39,165 nt of DNA from an uncultured Pseudomonadales bacterium (lineage in GTDB: Bacteria; Patescibacteriota; Microgenomatia; UBA1400; PJMF01), in the NCBI GenBank assembly GCA_964567445.1, contig CAZMMR010000001.1, positions 3,656-42,820 on the forward strand, in the 5' to 3' direction. Positions 1 through 7,935 of this stretch are shown here, piece by piece. Under the pieces are notes generated by a model that had not been told where the DNA came from, searched no databases, and was given only the letters and a program-made list of their open reading frames with translations. Positions within the stretch are counted from its first letter, which is position 1, and each line of letters begins with the position of its first letter. Position numbers and translations under genes: made by a program.

Positions 1-211
1 ATTATTAATAAGTCTAAAGAAGGCTGATTTCGATTGGCTGGTAGTGTTTGTTTTCACAAGAACCTTCAACAGTATTCCCAACAAAACAACAACTCCTAGC
101 TTATTGAAATTTAGTTCCTTCTTTTACTTGCTGGCTAAACTTTTATGTTTATCTCATGCAAATTTGTCCAAAATTATATATGAATCAGTCAGACTAAACT
201 CAAGTTAATAC

Positions 212-228
212 AACCGCATTTTGCGGTT
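212..228 (+). promoter_or_regulatory. small hairpin in the pnp leader (AACCGCA-TTT-TGCGGTT)
   Basis: A perfect 7-bp stem (212-218/222-228) lies about 30 nt upstream of the pnp ATG. The T-tract is weak (TTTG). It could be the terminator of an upstream gene or a leader processing hairpin. Confidence 0.3.
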
Positions 229-259
229 TGAGTGGTGTTTGAAGAAAAAGGTAAACAAT

Positions 260-2497
260 ATGTCTTACCCAACGTACGAAAGTCCTTATAAAAAGGAAAT
301 TCAAGTCGGAGATAAAACGATTTCTCTTGAAATCGGCAAATTTAGTGAACGCACCTCCGCAGCTGTTTTGGCCCAATGTGGCGAAACAGTAGTTCACGTT
401 ACCGTCGCCCTTGGTAACAAAGTAGATTGGGGCTACTTCCCCCTCCATGTGGAGTATGAAGAAAAATTATATGCTGGCGGAATTATTAAAGGTTCCCGCT
501 GGGTGAAAAGAGAGGGACATCCCTCGGCAGATGCTGTGCTAAAGGCACGGATTATCGACCGCACTCTACGGCCGCTGTTCCCCAAAGGAATTACTAATCA
601 GGTCCAGATTGTTACCACAGTTCTGTCTCATGATCTGGAAAACAGTGACGACATGGTGGCTTTACTTGCCGCCGGTGTTGCATTGGAAATTTCCGACATT
701 CCATTTAGTGGTCCAGTGACTGGTCTAAGAGTTGGTTACAACAAGCAAGACAAAAGCTATGTTATTAACCCCACGCTTAGTGAGCAAGAAGAGATCGATT
801 TAGATCTAATTGTTTCTGGGAGCGGCAAGTCTGTGACTATGGTTGAAGCTGGTGCTGATGAAGTTGATGAAGAAGCAGTCTTAGGCGGAATAGAAAAAGC
901 TCAACAAGAGTTTAAGCATATTTGCCAAGAGATTGAACAGATCAAGGCTGATATTGGCAAAGATAAAGTTCAGCTAGTGGCAGAGCCAACAGCAGAAGAA
1001 CAGGCTGGAGAAGAAAAGATCACTCAAGCTCTTAAAGATAAATTTGCTGATCAAATTCATGACTTGGTTGTTAAAGAAGCTAAGCTTGAAGAAACTAACA
1101 TGGACGAAGTGTTAAAGGAAATGGCAGATTATCTGAATGAAAAAGTTATCACTGATGAAGAAGCTGAAGAAGTGACTGCCGATGAAATCAAGAGCATCGT
1201 TCAAGAACTCATGAAGTACGAGGGTCGGAGAATGATCTTAGAAGAAAAGATTCGTCCCGATGGTCGTAAACCAGAAGAGATTCGTCCTCTTTGGATTGAG
1301 GTTGATGTTTTACCGCGGACACATGGCAGCGCCATGTTTAAGCGTGGAGCAACACAGGCCTTAACAGTTACTACTTTGGGCAGTCCTGCTTTAGGCCAGT
1401 ATATTGAGGATATGAAAGGTGAAGAGGTTAAACGTTACTTTCATCACTATAATATGCCTCCTTATTCTGTTGGCGAATCTGGTCGTTTCGGTTATCCCAA
1501 ACGTCGCGAGATTGGTCATGGCCGTTTAGCGCAAAGAGCACTCAAACCGATGATTCCTTCTCAGGAGGAGTTTCCCTATACCATTCGTGTTGTTAGTGAA
1601 ATTATGTCGGCTAATGGTTCTACCAGTCAGGCTTCAATTTGTGGCTCTACTCTGTCTTTAATGGCAGCTGGTGTCCCACTGAAAAAACCTGTGGCTGGAA
1701 TTGCTATGGGCTTAATGAGCAATGAGGACATGAGCAACTATGTGGTTTTATCCGATATTCAAGGTTTAGAAGATCACACTGGAGACATGGACTTTAAGGT
1801 CGCTGGTACACCCGATGGCATTACTGCCTTGCAAATGGATATCAAGTTAACTGGAATCAATGTTGATATTCTGCGCGAAGCCTTACAGCATGCTAAGAAA
1901 GGTCGCCAGCACATCATGGATAAAATGATGGAGACGATTAAAGAGCCTAAACAATCTTTGAGCAAGTTTGCTCCTAAGATTGAGCAGGTTACTATTCCTG
2001 CTGATCGTATTGGAGAGCTAATTGGCCCAGGAGGCAAGGTGATTAAGGGTATCATCGAGACCACTGGCGCTGAGATTGATGTTGATGAGGACGAAGAGAA
2101 AAATGTTGGCATTGTTAACATTTCTTCCCCAGATCAACAAAAAATCGACGCTGCAAGAACTATCGTGGAGAATATGATGAAAGAGGTTGAGTTAAACGAA
2201 AACTATACGGGAGAAGTCAACCGCATCGAAGATTATGGTGCATTCGTTGAGATTCTACCTGGTAGAGATGGTTTAGTTCATATCTCTAACATGGCAGCCG
2301 GCTATGTCAAAAATCCCAGAGATATTGTTAATATGGGCGATGAAGTTGAAGTCCGCGTCTCTGAGATTAAAGATGATGGTAAGATTGGCTTATCGATGCT
2401 TTCTCAGAAAGAAGAGAAAGAAGCTAAGCGCAAGCAGCGTAATTCACGCAAAAAGGGTGGTAACAACCGCCGCAACAATAAGCGCCGCCGTCATTAA
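260..2497 (+). CDS. pnp: polyribonucleotide nucleotidyltransferase (PNPase)
   Basis: The ORF is open from 221. The ATG at 260 (MSYPTYES...) fits the usual PNPase N-terminus. It has two RNase PH-like domains, a KH domain (IGELIGPGGKVIKGI) and an S1 domain (YTGEVNRIEDYGAFVEI), followed by a Lys/Arg-rich C-terminal tail. Confidence 0.95.
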   Translation: MSYPTYESPYKKEIQVGDKTISLEIGKFSERTSAAVLAQCGETVVHVTVALGNKVDWGYFPLHVEYEEKLYAGGIIKGSRWVKREGHPSADAVLKARIIDRTLRPLFPKGITNQVQIVTTVLSHDLENSDDMVALLAAGVALEISDIPFSGPVTGLRVGYNKQDKSYVINPTLSEQEEIDLDLIVSGSGKSVTMVEAGADEVDEEAVLGGIEKAQQEFKHICQEIEQIKADIGKDKVQLVAEPTAEEQAGEEKITQALKDKFADQIHDLVVKEAKLEETNMDEVLKEMADYLNEKVITDEEAEEVTADEIKSIVQELMKYEGRRMILEEKIRPDGRKPEEIRPLWIEVDVLPRTHGSAMFKRGATQALTVTTLGSPALGQYIEDMKGEEVKRYFHHYNMPPYSVGESGRFGYPKRREIGHGRLAQRALKPMIPSQEEFPYTIRVVSEIMSANGSTSQASICGSTLSLMAAGVPLKKPVAGIAMGLMSNEDMSNYVVLSDIQGLEDHTGDMDFKVAGTPDGITALQMDIKLTGINVDILREALQHAKKGRQHIMDKMMETIKEPKQSLSKFAPKIEQVTIPADRIGELIGPGGKVIKGIIETTGAEIDVDEDEEKNVGIVNISSPDQQKIDAARTIVENMMKEVELNENYTGEVNRIEDYGAFVEILPGRDGLVHISNMAAGYVKNPRDIVNMGDEVEVRVSEIKDDGKIGLSMLSQKEEKEAKRKQRNSRKKGGNNRRNNKRRRH

Positions 2498-2525
2498 TTA
2501 GTCCTTAACGTTATACGTTATGCTG

Positions 2526-2556
2526 CAAGCCTGGGATAAACCCAGGCTTGTTTGGT
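2526..2556 (+). terminator. rho-independent terminator after pnp
   Basis: CAAGCCTGGG (2526-2535), loop ATAAA, CCCAGGCTTG (2541-2550) form a perfect 10-bp stem followed by TTTGGTGTT. Confidence 0.8.
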
Positions 2557-2601
2557 GTTAGATTAGCATAACTTTCTTGGTTTTAGATTTGTAGTATACT
2601 A

Positions 2602-3468
2602 ATGACTATGAACCTACCTGCCATTCAATCCGATCAACACGCCATTGGTCTCCTGCAACTTGACCAAGCACCAAAAATGGCCAGCTGCTTAGGCTTAGAT
2701 TTAACCTCTCCTACTAACGAAGATGTCATAAAAAACCTAATTCAAGATATGGGCACCATTGGTGCTCAGCAGGTCACAGGTTTAGTCATTGATCCCATTT
2801 ATAGCTTTTCTTTAGCAGGTGATTCGCGGGAAACAGGATTGTTAACCAGAGTCACCACCCTTCATGAAGAAATTGATCCTTTGTCGTTGCCGATGTTAAT
2901 GCCCAATTATGGTTTGGATGAAATTAGACAAAATTACAGTTTGGCTAAGTTGGAGCTTTATTATCACCCGCAGGAAGAAAAAGCGCTGGCCAAAAAGAGG
3001 TTGGTGGCAGAGGTCTTTGATTATTGTGACTATTTAGATATCCAGTTGCTGCTTAAGCTTATTATTTATACTCCTTCTGGGAAGGAGTTTGACCAAGCTA
3101 CTTTTCAGCAAGACCAACTGCAAGCCATTCAGGAAATGAGGAGTTTAACTGATGTTTTAGCTTTGCAATATCCACGAGATCCTTTATCGACCGCCACTGT
3201 TACTGCTGAGCTTGATATTCCTTGGGTGTTAATGAGCCAGGATCAGCCTTATCAAGAGTATAAGCAGTCCTTAAGAACTAGTTTAGAAAACGGAGCGGTG
3301 GGCTTTATGGCTGGTGATAGTTTGTGGCGTGACTTAGCAGAATTAAAAGCCAAAGATAAAAGCCCTGACCTGAAGCGAGTACAGCAGTTTGTTAATACTA
3401 CTTTTCAGGATCGTGTTATTGAGTTGATGAGGATCAGTAACGAAGTTGTAGGTCAAGAACAAGATTAG
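2602..3468 (+). CDS. LacD/tagatose-bisphosphate-aldolase-family TIM-barrel protein (divergent)
   Basis: By eye it is collinear with LacD motifs: IGLLQLDQ (cf. ISALAFDQRG), GLVIDPIYSF (cf. ILLDPEYGL), LAKLELYY (cf. AVKFLLYY), TDVLALQYP (cf. VDVLKVEVP) and AVGFMAGDSLW (cf. NGVLCGRATW). Confidence 0.55.
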   Translation: MTMNLPAIQSDQHAIGLLQLDQAPKMASCLGLDLTSPTNEDVIKNLIQDMGTIGAQQVTGLVIDPIYSFSLAGDSRETGLLTRVTTLHEEIDPLSLPMLMPNYGLDEIRQNYSLAKLELYYHPQEEKALAKKRLVAEVFDYCDYLDIQLLLKLIIYTPSGKEFDQATFQQDQLQAIQEMRSLTDVLALQYPRDPLSTATVTAELDIPWVLMSQDQPYQEYKQSLRTSLENGAVGFMAGDSLWRDLAELKAKDKSPDLKRVQQFVNTTFQDRVIELMRISNEVVGQEQD

Positions 3469-3528
3469 GCTAGCTTTGTGTAAGCCTATTTTTCTCCTCC
3501 CAAACTTTGAAATAAGAAACATTTTGCT

Positions 3529-3557
3529 TTGGTTTTTTAGCATAGCTATTTTATAAT
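3529..3557 (+). promoter_or_regulatory. candidate sigma70-type promoter for yggT-like gene
   Basis: TTGGTT (3529-3534), a 17-nt spacer, then TATAAT (3552-3557), about 36 nt upstream of the ATG at 3594. Confidence 0.3.
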
Positions 3558-3593
3558 TAGTCCAAGTCTAATTAATTATAAAAGGAGGTTTTT

Positions 3594-3884
3594 ATGTCAC
3601 GTATTTTAAAAGACCTAGCCAACTTCGTCTTTGGTTTAATTGCCATCCTGTTGATTTTTAGGTTTTTGCTTAAGTTGTTGGCAGCTAATCCTCAAGCATC
3701 ATTTGTTGCTTGGATATATGAGACCACACGACCCTTACTAAACCCATTCGTTCTTGCTTTCCCGACACCAAAAGTGACTGGTGGTTTTACTCTAGAGTTC
3801 ACTACCTTATTTGCTATTTTTACCTACGCTTTTATTGGTTATCTAATCCAAGAGTTATTGGTGTTAATTGATAAGCGTAGCTAA
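3594..3884 (+). CDS. YggT-family small integral membrane protein
   Basis: A 96-aa protein with two TM helices flanking a YETTRPLLNPF...FP..GGF.LEF core typical of YggT. There is a strong RBS (AAAGGAGG) 6 nt upstream. Confidence 0.7.
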   Translation: MSRILKDLANFVFGLIAILLIFRFLLKLLAANPQASFVAWIYETTRPLLNPFVLAFPTPKVTGGFTLEFTTLFAIFTYAFIGYLIQELLVLIDKRS

Positions 3885-4017
3885 AGTTAGCAGTCACTCT
3901 CCACTACATTCATCCACAAATGAGCTATTTTTATGGTAGCTTGTAATTTTTCTCACAGAGCTAAATTCCAAACCCGTCTACACTTAAGGTAATTAATTAT
4001 TAAAAAAGGAGTTAAAT

Positions 4018-4626
4018 ATGTTTAAACTTCCCAAATTAGCATATAAATATGATGATCTCGAGCCTTATATCGATGAGCAAACTATACATATTCATCACGA
4101 CAAGCATCATCAGGGCTATGTTAATAAATTAAATGCAGCTTTAGAAGACCAGCCATTATGGCAAGAAAAATCGCTGGCAGACATTTTGGCTAGTGTTGAT
4201 CAATTGCCACAGGAAATTACACAAGCTGTAATTAATAATGGTGGCGGTCACGCCAACCATTCTTTGTACTGGCAGATTATGAGTCCGAACGCCAATCAGC
4301 AGCTCGATAACGACGTTGTGACAGTAATAGAGGATAAATGGGGGATGGATGTATTTAAAAATGAGTTCACTAAAACTGCTCTAGGTCAGTTTGGTTCTGG
4401 CTGGGGTTGGTTGGTGGTGAATGAACAAGGTGAATTGATTTTACGTGCTACTGCCAATCAAAACTCCCCATTAATGGATGGGCATACTCCTATTCTAGGT
4501 GTTGATGTTTGGGAACATGCTTATTATCTTAAATATCAAAATAAGAGGGCGGATTACTTGCAGAATTTTTGGCAGGTTATTAATTGGGAGAAGGTTGATC
4601 AGTTGTATCGGCAGACAATCGAGTAG
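4018..4626 (+). CDS. sodA: Fe/Mn superoxide dismutase
   Basis: It carries the classic motifs LPKLAYKYDDLEPYID, HHDKHHQGYVNKLN, and the metal ligands in DVWEHAYYLKYQN. An AAGGAG RBS is present. Confidence 0.95.
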   Translation: MFKLPKLAYKYDDLEPYIDEQTIHIHHDKHHQGYVNKLNAALEDQPLWQEKSLADILASVDQLPQEITQAVINNGGGHANHSLYWQIMSPNANQQLDNDVVTVIEDKWGMDVFKNEFTKTALGQFGSGWGWLVVNEQGELILRATANQNSPLMDGHTPILGVDVWEHAYYLKYQNKRADYLQNFWQVINWEKVDQLYRQTIE

Positions 4627-4676
4627 ACAAGCAGCTATTGATTGCAACTCTAGAAAAACTGAACAAAGTTTGTTAG

Positions 4677-4751
4677 AAAAGTAGTACCGATTGGTTTAGT
4701 CTTAGGGCAGGCGTGCTTTAGGTTGGCTAATACCATCGGTGCTACTTTTTT
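4677..4751 (+). terminator. long imperfect hairpin / probable (bidirectional) terminator after sodA
   Basis: AAAAGTAGTACCGATTGGT.TTAG (from 4677) pairs with CTAATACCATCGGTGCTACTTTT (to 4749), giving about 23 bp with one bulge and one G:U. It is flanked by an A4 tract on the 5' side and a T6 tract on the 3' side. Confidence 0.65.
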
Positions 4752-4782
4752 GTTATTTAGAATTAGTTGAGAAGGATGTCTT

Positions 4783-5367
4783 ATGCTGCAAGTCATATTA
4801 GATGTGGAAACCAAAAAGACTTTTGATGAAGTTGGCGGATTTTTTCCAGACAGGTTAGGAGTGTCTTTTGTAGGTGTTAATGTTCGCGATCGCTATGGTG
4901 ATTCTGGCGAAATGAGATCGTTTTTTGAGAATGATTTGCCTGATTTATTTCCTTTACTGGAGAGAGCTGATGTAGCGGTTGGTTATAATATCGATGGTTT
5001 TGATATGCCAGCTTTAGCTCCTTACTACACTGGTGATATTGAGGCCATTCCCACCTTAGACATCATGGATCGTATTAAAGACAGCTTCGGCCATCGGATT
5101 AAATTAGACAGTGTGGCCAAGGAGACTTTGGGTCAGGGTAAGATTGGTGATGGGTTGGATGCTATTAAGTATTATCATAATCAGCAGTTGGATAAACTGG
5201 AAGAGTACTGTATTCAGGATGTACGAGTGACGCGAGATGTTTATGATTTTGGTTTAAAAAATGGCAAGGTTAAGTTTAGGAATAAATGGAACAGGTTAAT
5301 TGAATGTGAGGTTGATTTTAGCTTTACCCCTAAAAAGAATGACGGCGTGCAGATGGCGTTAGTTTAG
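4783..5367 (+). CDS. DEDDy-type 3'-5' exonuclease / RNase H-like fold protein
   Basis: Exo I-like ILDVETK, Exo II-like VGYNIDGFDMPAL and Exo III-like EYCIQDVRVTRDVY motifs are present. The RBS is GAAGGA. Confidence 0.65.
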   Translation: MLQVILDVETKKTFDEVGGFFPDRLGVSFVGVNVRDRYGDSGEMRSFFENDLPDLFPLLERADVAVGYNIDGFDMPALAPYYTGDIEAIPTLDIMDRIKDSFGHRIKLDSVAKETLGQGKIGDGLDAIKYYHNQQLDKLEEYCIQDVRVTRDVYDFGLKNGKVKFRNKWNRLIECEVDFSFTPKKNDGVQMALV

Positions 5368-5428
5368 GTTTGTTTTTGACTGATTGAGTTGATATTATGG
5401 CTTAATAGTAATTAAGAAAAGAATATTT

Positions 5429-6160
5429 ATGCTAGATCTTCTAGAAGCTGCCAAGCTTGACGCTCAATCTTCTAGTCAAACAACTGAAGAATCCAAACAA
5501 AAAACACGAGCCCAAACTACAGGGGGCACTCCACTAATTAAATCTTTAGCTACAAGAACTGAATCAAGTCAAGCATACTTCGATGCTGTTAGTGAAGATG
5601 CTAGGTCGCAAATAACAGAGATCCAACAACTCATTGAGGGGGAAGTGAGTACATTTGACGATTTTTTGGAGATGAAAGATCAGCTAGTAGCGGTGGTTGC
5701 TAAAAATGCTCCAAATTTGGCTGAACATGCTGAAAATATTGTGCGCAAGGCTGCTGGCAAATTGTTGTTTCAGGAACTTGTCGCTGACTTTGCAGAGACT
5801 GATTATCTGGGTCGGCCGTTGGCAGAAGATGGTATTTTTAACAAATTAGTTTTATATCAACGAACATTTCCTAGATCAGGAGGATGGGAAGAAGAAGACC
5901 CTCTTATTAAGAAGGTAAGGGAAGAATTAATCACACCTAGATTTTCAGAAATTAAAGGTAAGATTGCCGAAGATGCAGAGGTAGATTTTAAACAAATTGA
6001 GGATGTAGCTCAATTGCACCAAACCTGCAAATCGTTAATACATAAAGCATTTGATTGGACAGTGAATGGAATAATTGATTTTCCCCAGTATGAAGATGTA
6101 AAGCAAGAACTTAATTCTTTAAAAGAAGAGCGTGTTAAGGAAATAGAAAATAGTGAGTAA
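5429..6160 (+). CDS. hypothetical protein (acidic, predicted helical)
   Basis: A 243-aa ORF with coding-like composition. I recognise no motif. Confidence 0.6.
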   Translation: MLDLLEAAKLDAQSSSQTTEESKQKTRAQTTGGTPLIKSLATRTESSQAYFDAVSEDARSQITEIQQLIEGEVSTFDDFLEMKDQLVAVVAKNAPNLAEHAENIVRKAAGKLLFQELVADFAETDYLGRPLAEDGIFNKLVLYQRTFPRSGGWEEEDPLIKKVREELITPRFSEIKGKIAEDAEVDFKQIEDVAQLHQTCKSLIHKAFDWTVNGIIDFPQYEDVKQELNSLKEERVKEIENSE

Positions 6161-6175
6161 GTCAATTTAGTCTAT

Positions 6176-6307
6176 ACGGTTGCGACAGCAACAGAACATC
6201 CCGGCTTTAGCCGGGCGTGAATGAGCTTTCTCGCGTTTAGAAAGGTCATTTCGCCGAAGGCGAAGGATACCCAGCGGAGTCACAGACTTGCCTGTTGGGA
6301 TCCACCA
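6176..6307. ncRNA. candidate structured RNA of unknown class (five consecutive hairpins, GC-rich)
   Basis: The hairpins are 6179-6192 (GTTGC/GCAAC), 6200-6215 (CCCGGC/GCCGGG), 6226-6244 (CTTTCT/AGAAAG) and 6250-6264 (TTCGCC/GGCGAA). A fifth, 6265-6303, is GGAT(A)CCCA/TGGGATCC enclosing ACAG/CTGT, and it is followed by ACCA. By hand count the region is about 53% GC (81/152 over 6171-6322), against AT-rich flanks. The strand is undetermined. Confidence 0.35.
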
Positions 6308-6322
6308 ATTTGTAACCCCTCC

Positions 6323-6355
6323 CCCTACATTCTAGAACCAAGTGCAACGTTGGGT
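6323..6355. repeat. IS30-family left terminal inverted repeat
   Basis: See the alignment under the mobile element. It contains the transposase stop codon (6325-6327). Confidence 0.7.
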
Positions 6356-7329
6356 TGGTTTAATCCTTTCTTGTTAACTAATAATTCATTGTACACCTCA
6401 TTGGGTGTTTTATACCCAAGGCGTTTCCTTGGGCGATTGTTTAACTCGCTGGCAATATCTTCAACTTCATCTTGAGTTAAATCTGTAATGTTTCTCCTCT
6501 TTGGAAGATAACCTCGAAGCAGCATATTAGCATTTTCGTTGGCACCTCGCTGCCAACTAGAATAAGGATCACAAAAATAAGTTTGAGCTCCAGTGTTTTG
6601 ACTGACTGTTTCGTGTTTTGTAAACTCAGTGCCATTGTCTAGAGTAATTGTTAACACAATTTCATTCTTAAGCTGATTACTCATGGCTTGAGCAGTTAGC
6701 TTGGCTGTTTTTCTTTTCAACTTAGTAAACTTAACTCTACCTGTCATAAGTTCATTGATAGTATTGATAGCCATTTTGTATGGATAAATTACAGAATCTC
6801 CTTCCCAGTGTCCATATTCAGTTCTGTCTTTAACTACTTCAGGTCTTTTGTGAATACTGACTCGGTTAGGGATCTTAGATCTGTGAACTGACCTGCCATT
6901 TTGCTTCTTTCTTTTCTTTTGACCATATCTTAAATATTGATAAAGTTTTTCCTCGTCATGAGCCCAGCTGTCTTCGTACAGCCAATCATAAATCGTTTCA
7001 TGACAAACTCTATCTACTCTTGCTTCTAATTTCATTCTGCCCGCAATTTGCTCTGGACTCCAACCTTTTTGTAATCGAGATACTACGTATTTTTGAGTCT
7101 TAGATTGATTAAGCTTCTTCTTTTGCCTGCACCTTTTTCTCTTGGTTTCATAGTTAAGTTGTGCTGACCAAGCAACATAGCCTTTAGGAGTGGATCTTTG
7201 TTTGATTTCTCGGCTGACAGTGCTTTTTGAAAATCCAATCTCCTTAGCTATCTCAGTTAGTGTATAATTTTTGTGGAGCAATACTTCTATTGCTCCTCTG
7301 TCTGCAGCCGTTAGCTGGTTATATTTCAT
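6325..7329 (-). CDS. IS30-family DDE transposase
   Basis: A 334-aa protein with an N-terminal HTH (TLTEIAKEIGFSKSTVSREIKQ). DDE-type motifs are HWEGDSV, TLDNGTEF and RGANENANMLLRGYLPK. Confidence 0.92.
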   Translation of the reverse strand: MKYNQLTAADRGAIEVLLHKNYTLTEIAKEIGFSKSTVSREIKQRSTPKGYVAWSAQLNYETKRKRCRQKKKLNQSKTQKYVVSRLQKGWSPEQIAGRMKLEARVDRVCHETIYDWLYEDSWAHDEEKLYQYLRYGQKKRKKQNGRSVHRSKIPNRVSIHKRPEVVKDRTEYGHWEGDSVIYPYKMAINTINELMTGRVKFTKLKRKTAKLTAQAMSNQLKNEIVLTITLDNGTEFTKHETVSQNTGAQTYFCDPYSSWQRGANENANMLLRGYLPKRRNITDLTQDEVEDIASELNNRPRKRLGYKTPNEVYNELLVNKKGLNQPNVALGSRM

Positions 7330-7343
7330 AATAAAAATATTTT

Positions 7344-7378
7344 ACCCTAACGGTTGCAGTTGGATTTAGAACTTACGC
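7344..7378. repeat. IS30-family right terminal inverted repeat
   Basis: It is the inverted match to 6323-6355. Its outermost 26 bp (7353-7378) recur exactly at 29122-29147. Confidence 0.7.
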
Positions 7379-7419
7379 CCACTTGATTTAACTCCAGATG
7401 TGGTAAAATTGGCTAACTT

Positions 7420-7929
7420 ATGTCTAATGCCAATACTACTCAACCCAGCCATCTCGCTCACCGCCTCACTGCTAACGTTAAACTCCTACACAAAGCAGCC
7501 CTTGTTAGTAACAACCAAGTTCTAATCCTAAAAAGAAGTAATCAGGCAGTCTCGCGCCCGGGTAAGTGGGATTTACCGGGAGGCAATAGTGAATGGCCAG
7601 TGGCACTTCAGGATAATGCCAAAAATATCCATCAAGAAGATGTAGCTCGAGAGATTAAAGAAGAAACCAGTCTTTCGGTGCCAGCCAGTAATTTTCTAGT
7701 TCATAATTTAGTCTATTTTGCAACTTACTTTAACGCAGACAAACAAATCTATTCTGTTAACTGTGGTTGGCAAGTCAAAGATGTCATTCAGCAAGATCAA
7801 ACACAAGTGGAGATTTCTAGCGAACACACAGATTATCGCTGGATTTCTTTATCTGAGTTAACAGACTATGATTTTGGTCCTGAGGACAGAGATTTTGAAA
7901 TTACTACCATTCAACGTGCTTTCAAGTAA
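7420..7929 (+). CDS. NUDIX-family hydrolase
   Basis: It has a Nudix box core REIKEETSL preceded by GKWDLPGG. The G-to-RE spacing is about 8 residues longer than the canonical Gx5Ex7REUxEExGU. Confidence 0.7.
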   Translation: MSNANTTQPSHLAHRLTANVKLLHKAALVSNNQVLILKRSNQAVSRPGKWDLPGGNSEWPVALQDNAKNIHQEDVAREIKEETSLSVPASNFLVHNLVYFATYFNADKQIYSVNCGWQVKDVIQQDQTQVEISSEHTDYRWISLSELTDYDFGPEDRDFEITTIQRAFK

Positions 7930-7935
7930 AACCAT

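Larger units (their letters stand above)
6323..7378 (-). mobile_element. IS30-family insertion sequence, apparently intact (about 1056 bp)
   Basis: A single transposase ORF is bounded by imperfect terminal inverted repeats. The left end is CCCTACATTCTAGAACCAAGTGCAACGTTGGGT. The reverse complement of the right end is GCGTAAGTTCTAAATCCAACTGCAACCGTTAGGGT. The outermost 26 positions match at 19/26, and similarity continues to about 33-35 bp. Confidence 0.85.

Noticed and set aside
1-27. Possible 3' end of an upstream CDS (…IINKSKEG-TGA)
   Set aside because: Only 8 codons are visible, so neither coding status nor identity can be supported.
200-448. 82-aa minus-strand ORF. The same applies to other antisense ORFs inside pnp, ftsK, alaS, rnj, PfkB and other genes
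   Set aside because: They are fully embedded antisense to strongly supported conserved genes and have no independent support.
6176-6200. ACGGTTGC...AGAAC similarity to the inner part of the IS right repeat (7350-7372), and ACAGAAC..CCGGCTT resemblance to the RNase P RNA CR-V/P4 strand
   Set aside because: Only about 13 of 23 positions match the inverted repeat, and in direct rather than inverted orientation. For RNase P there is no upstream space, because a CDS ends at 6160, and there is no GAGGAAAGTCC partner strand. Both are treated as coincidence.
6221-6475. 84-aa + strand ORF spanning the structured element and the IS left end
   Set aside because: It crosses the IS boundary, runs antisense to the transposase C-terminus and has no RBS. 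The region is better explained by RNA-like hairpins plus the IS inverted repeat.
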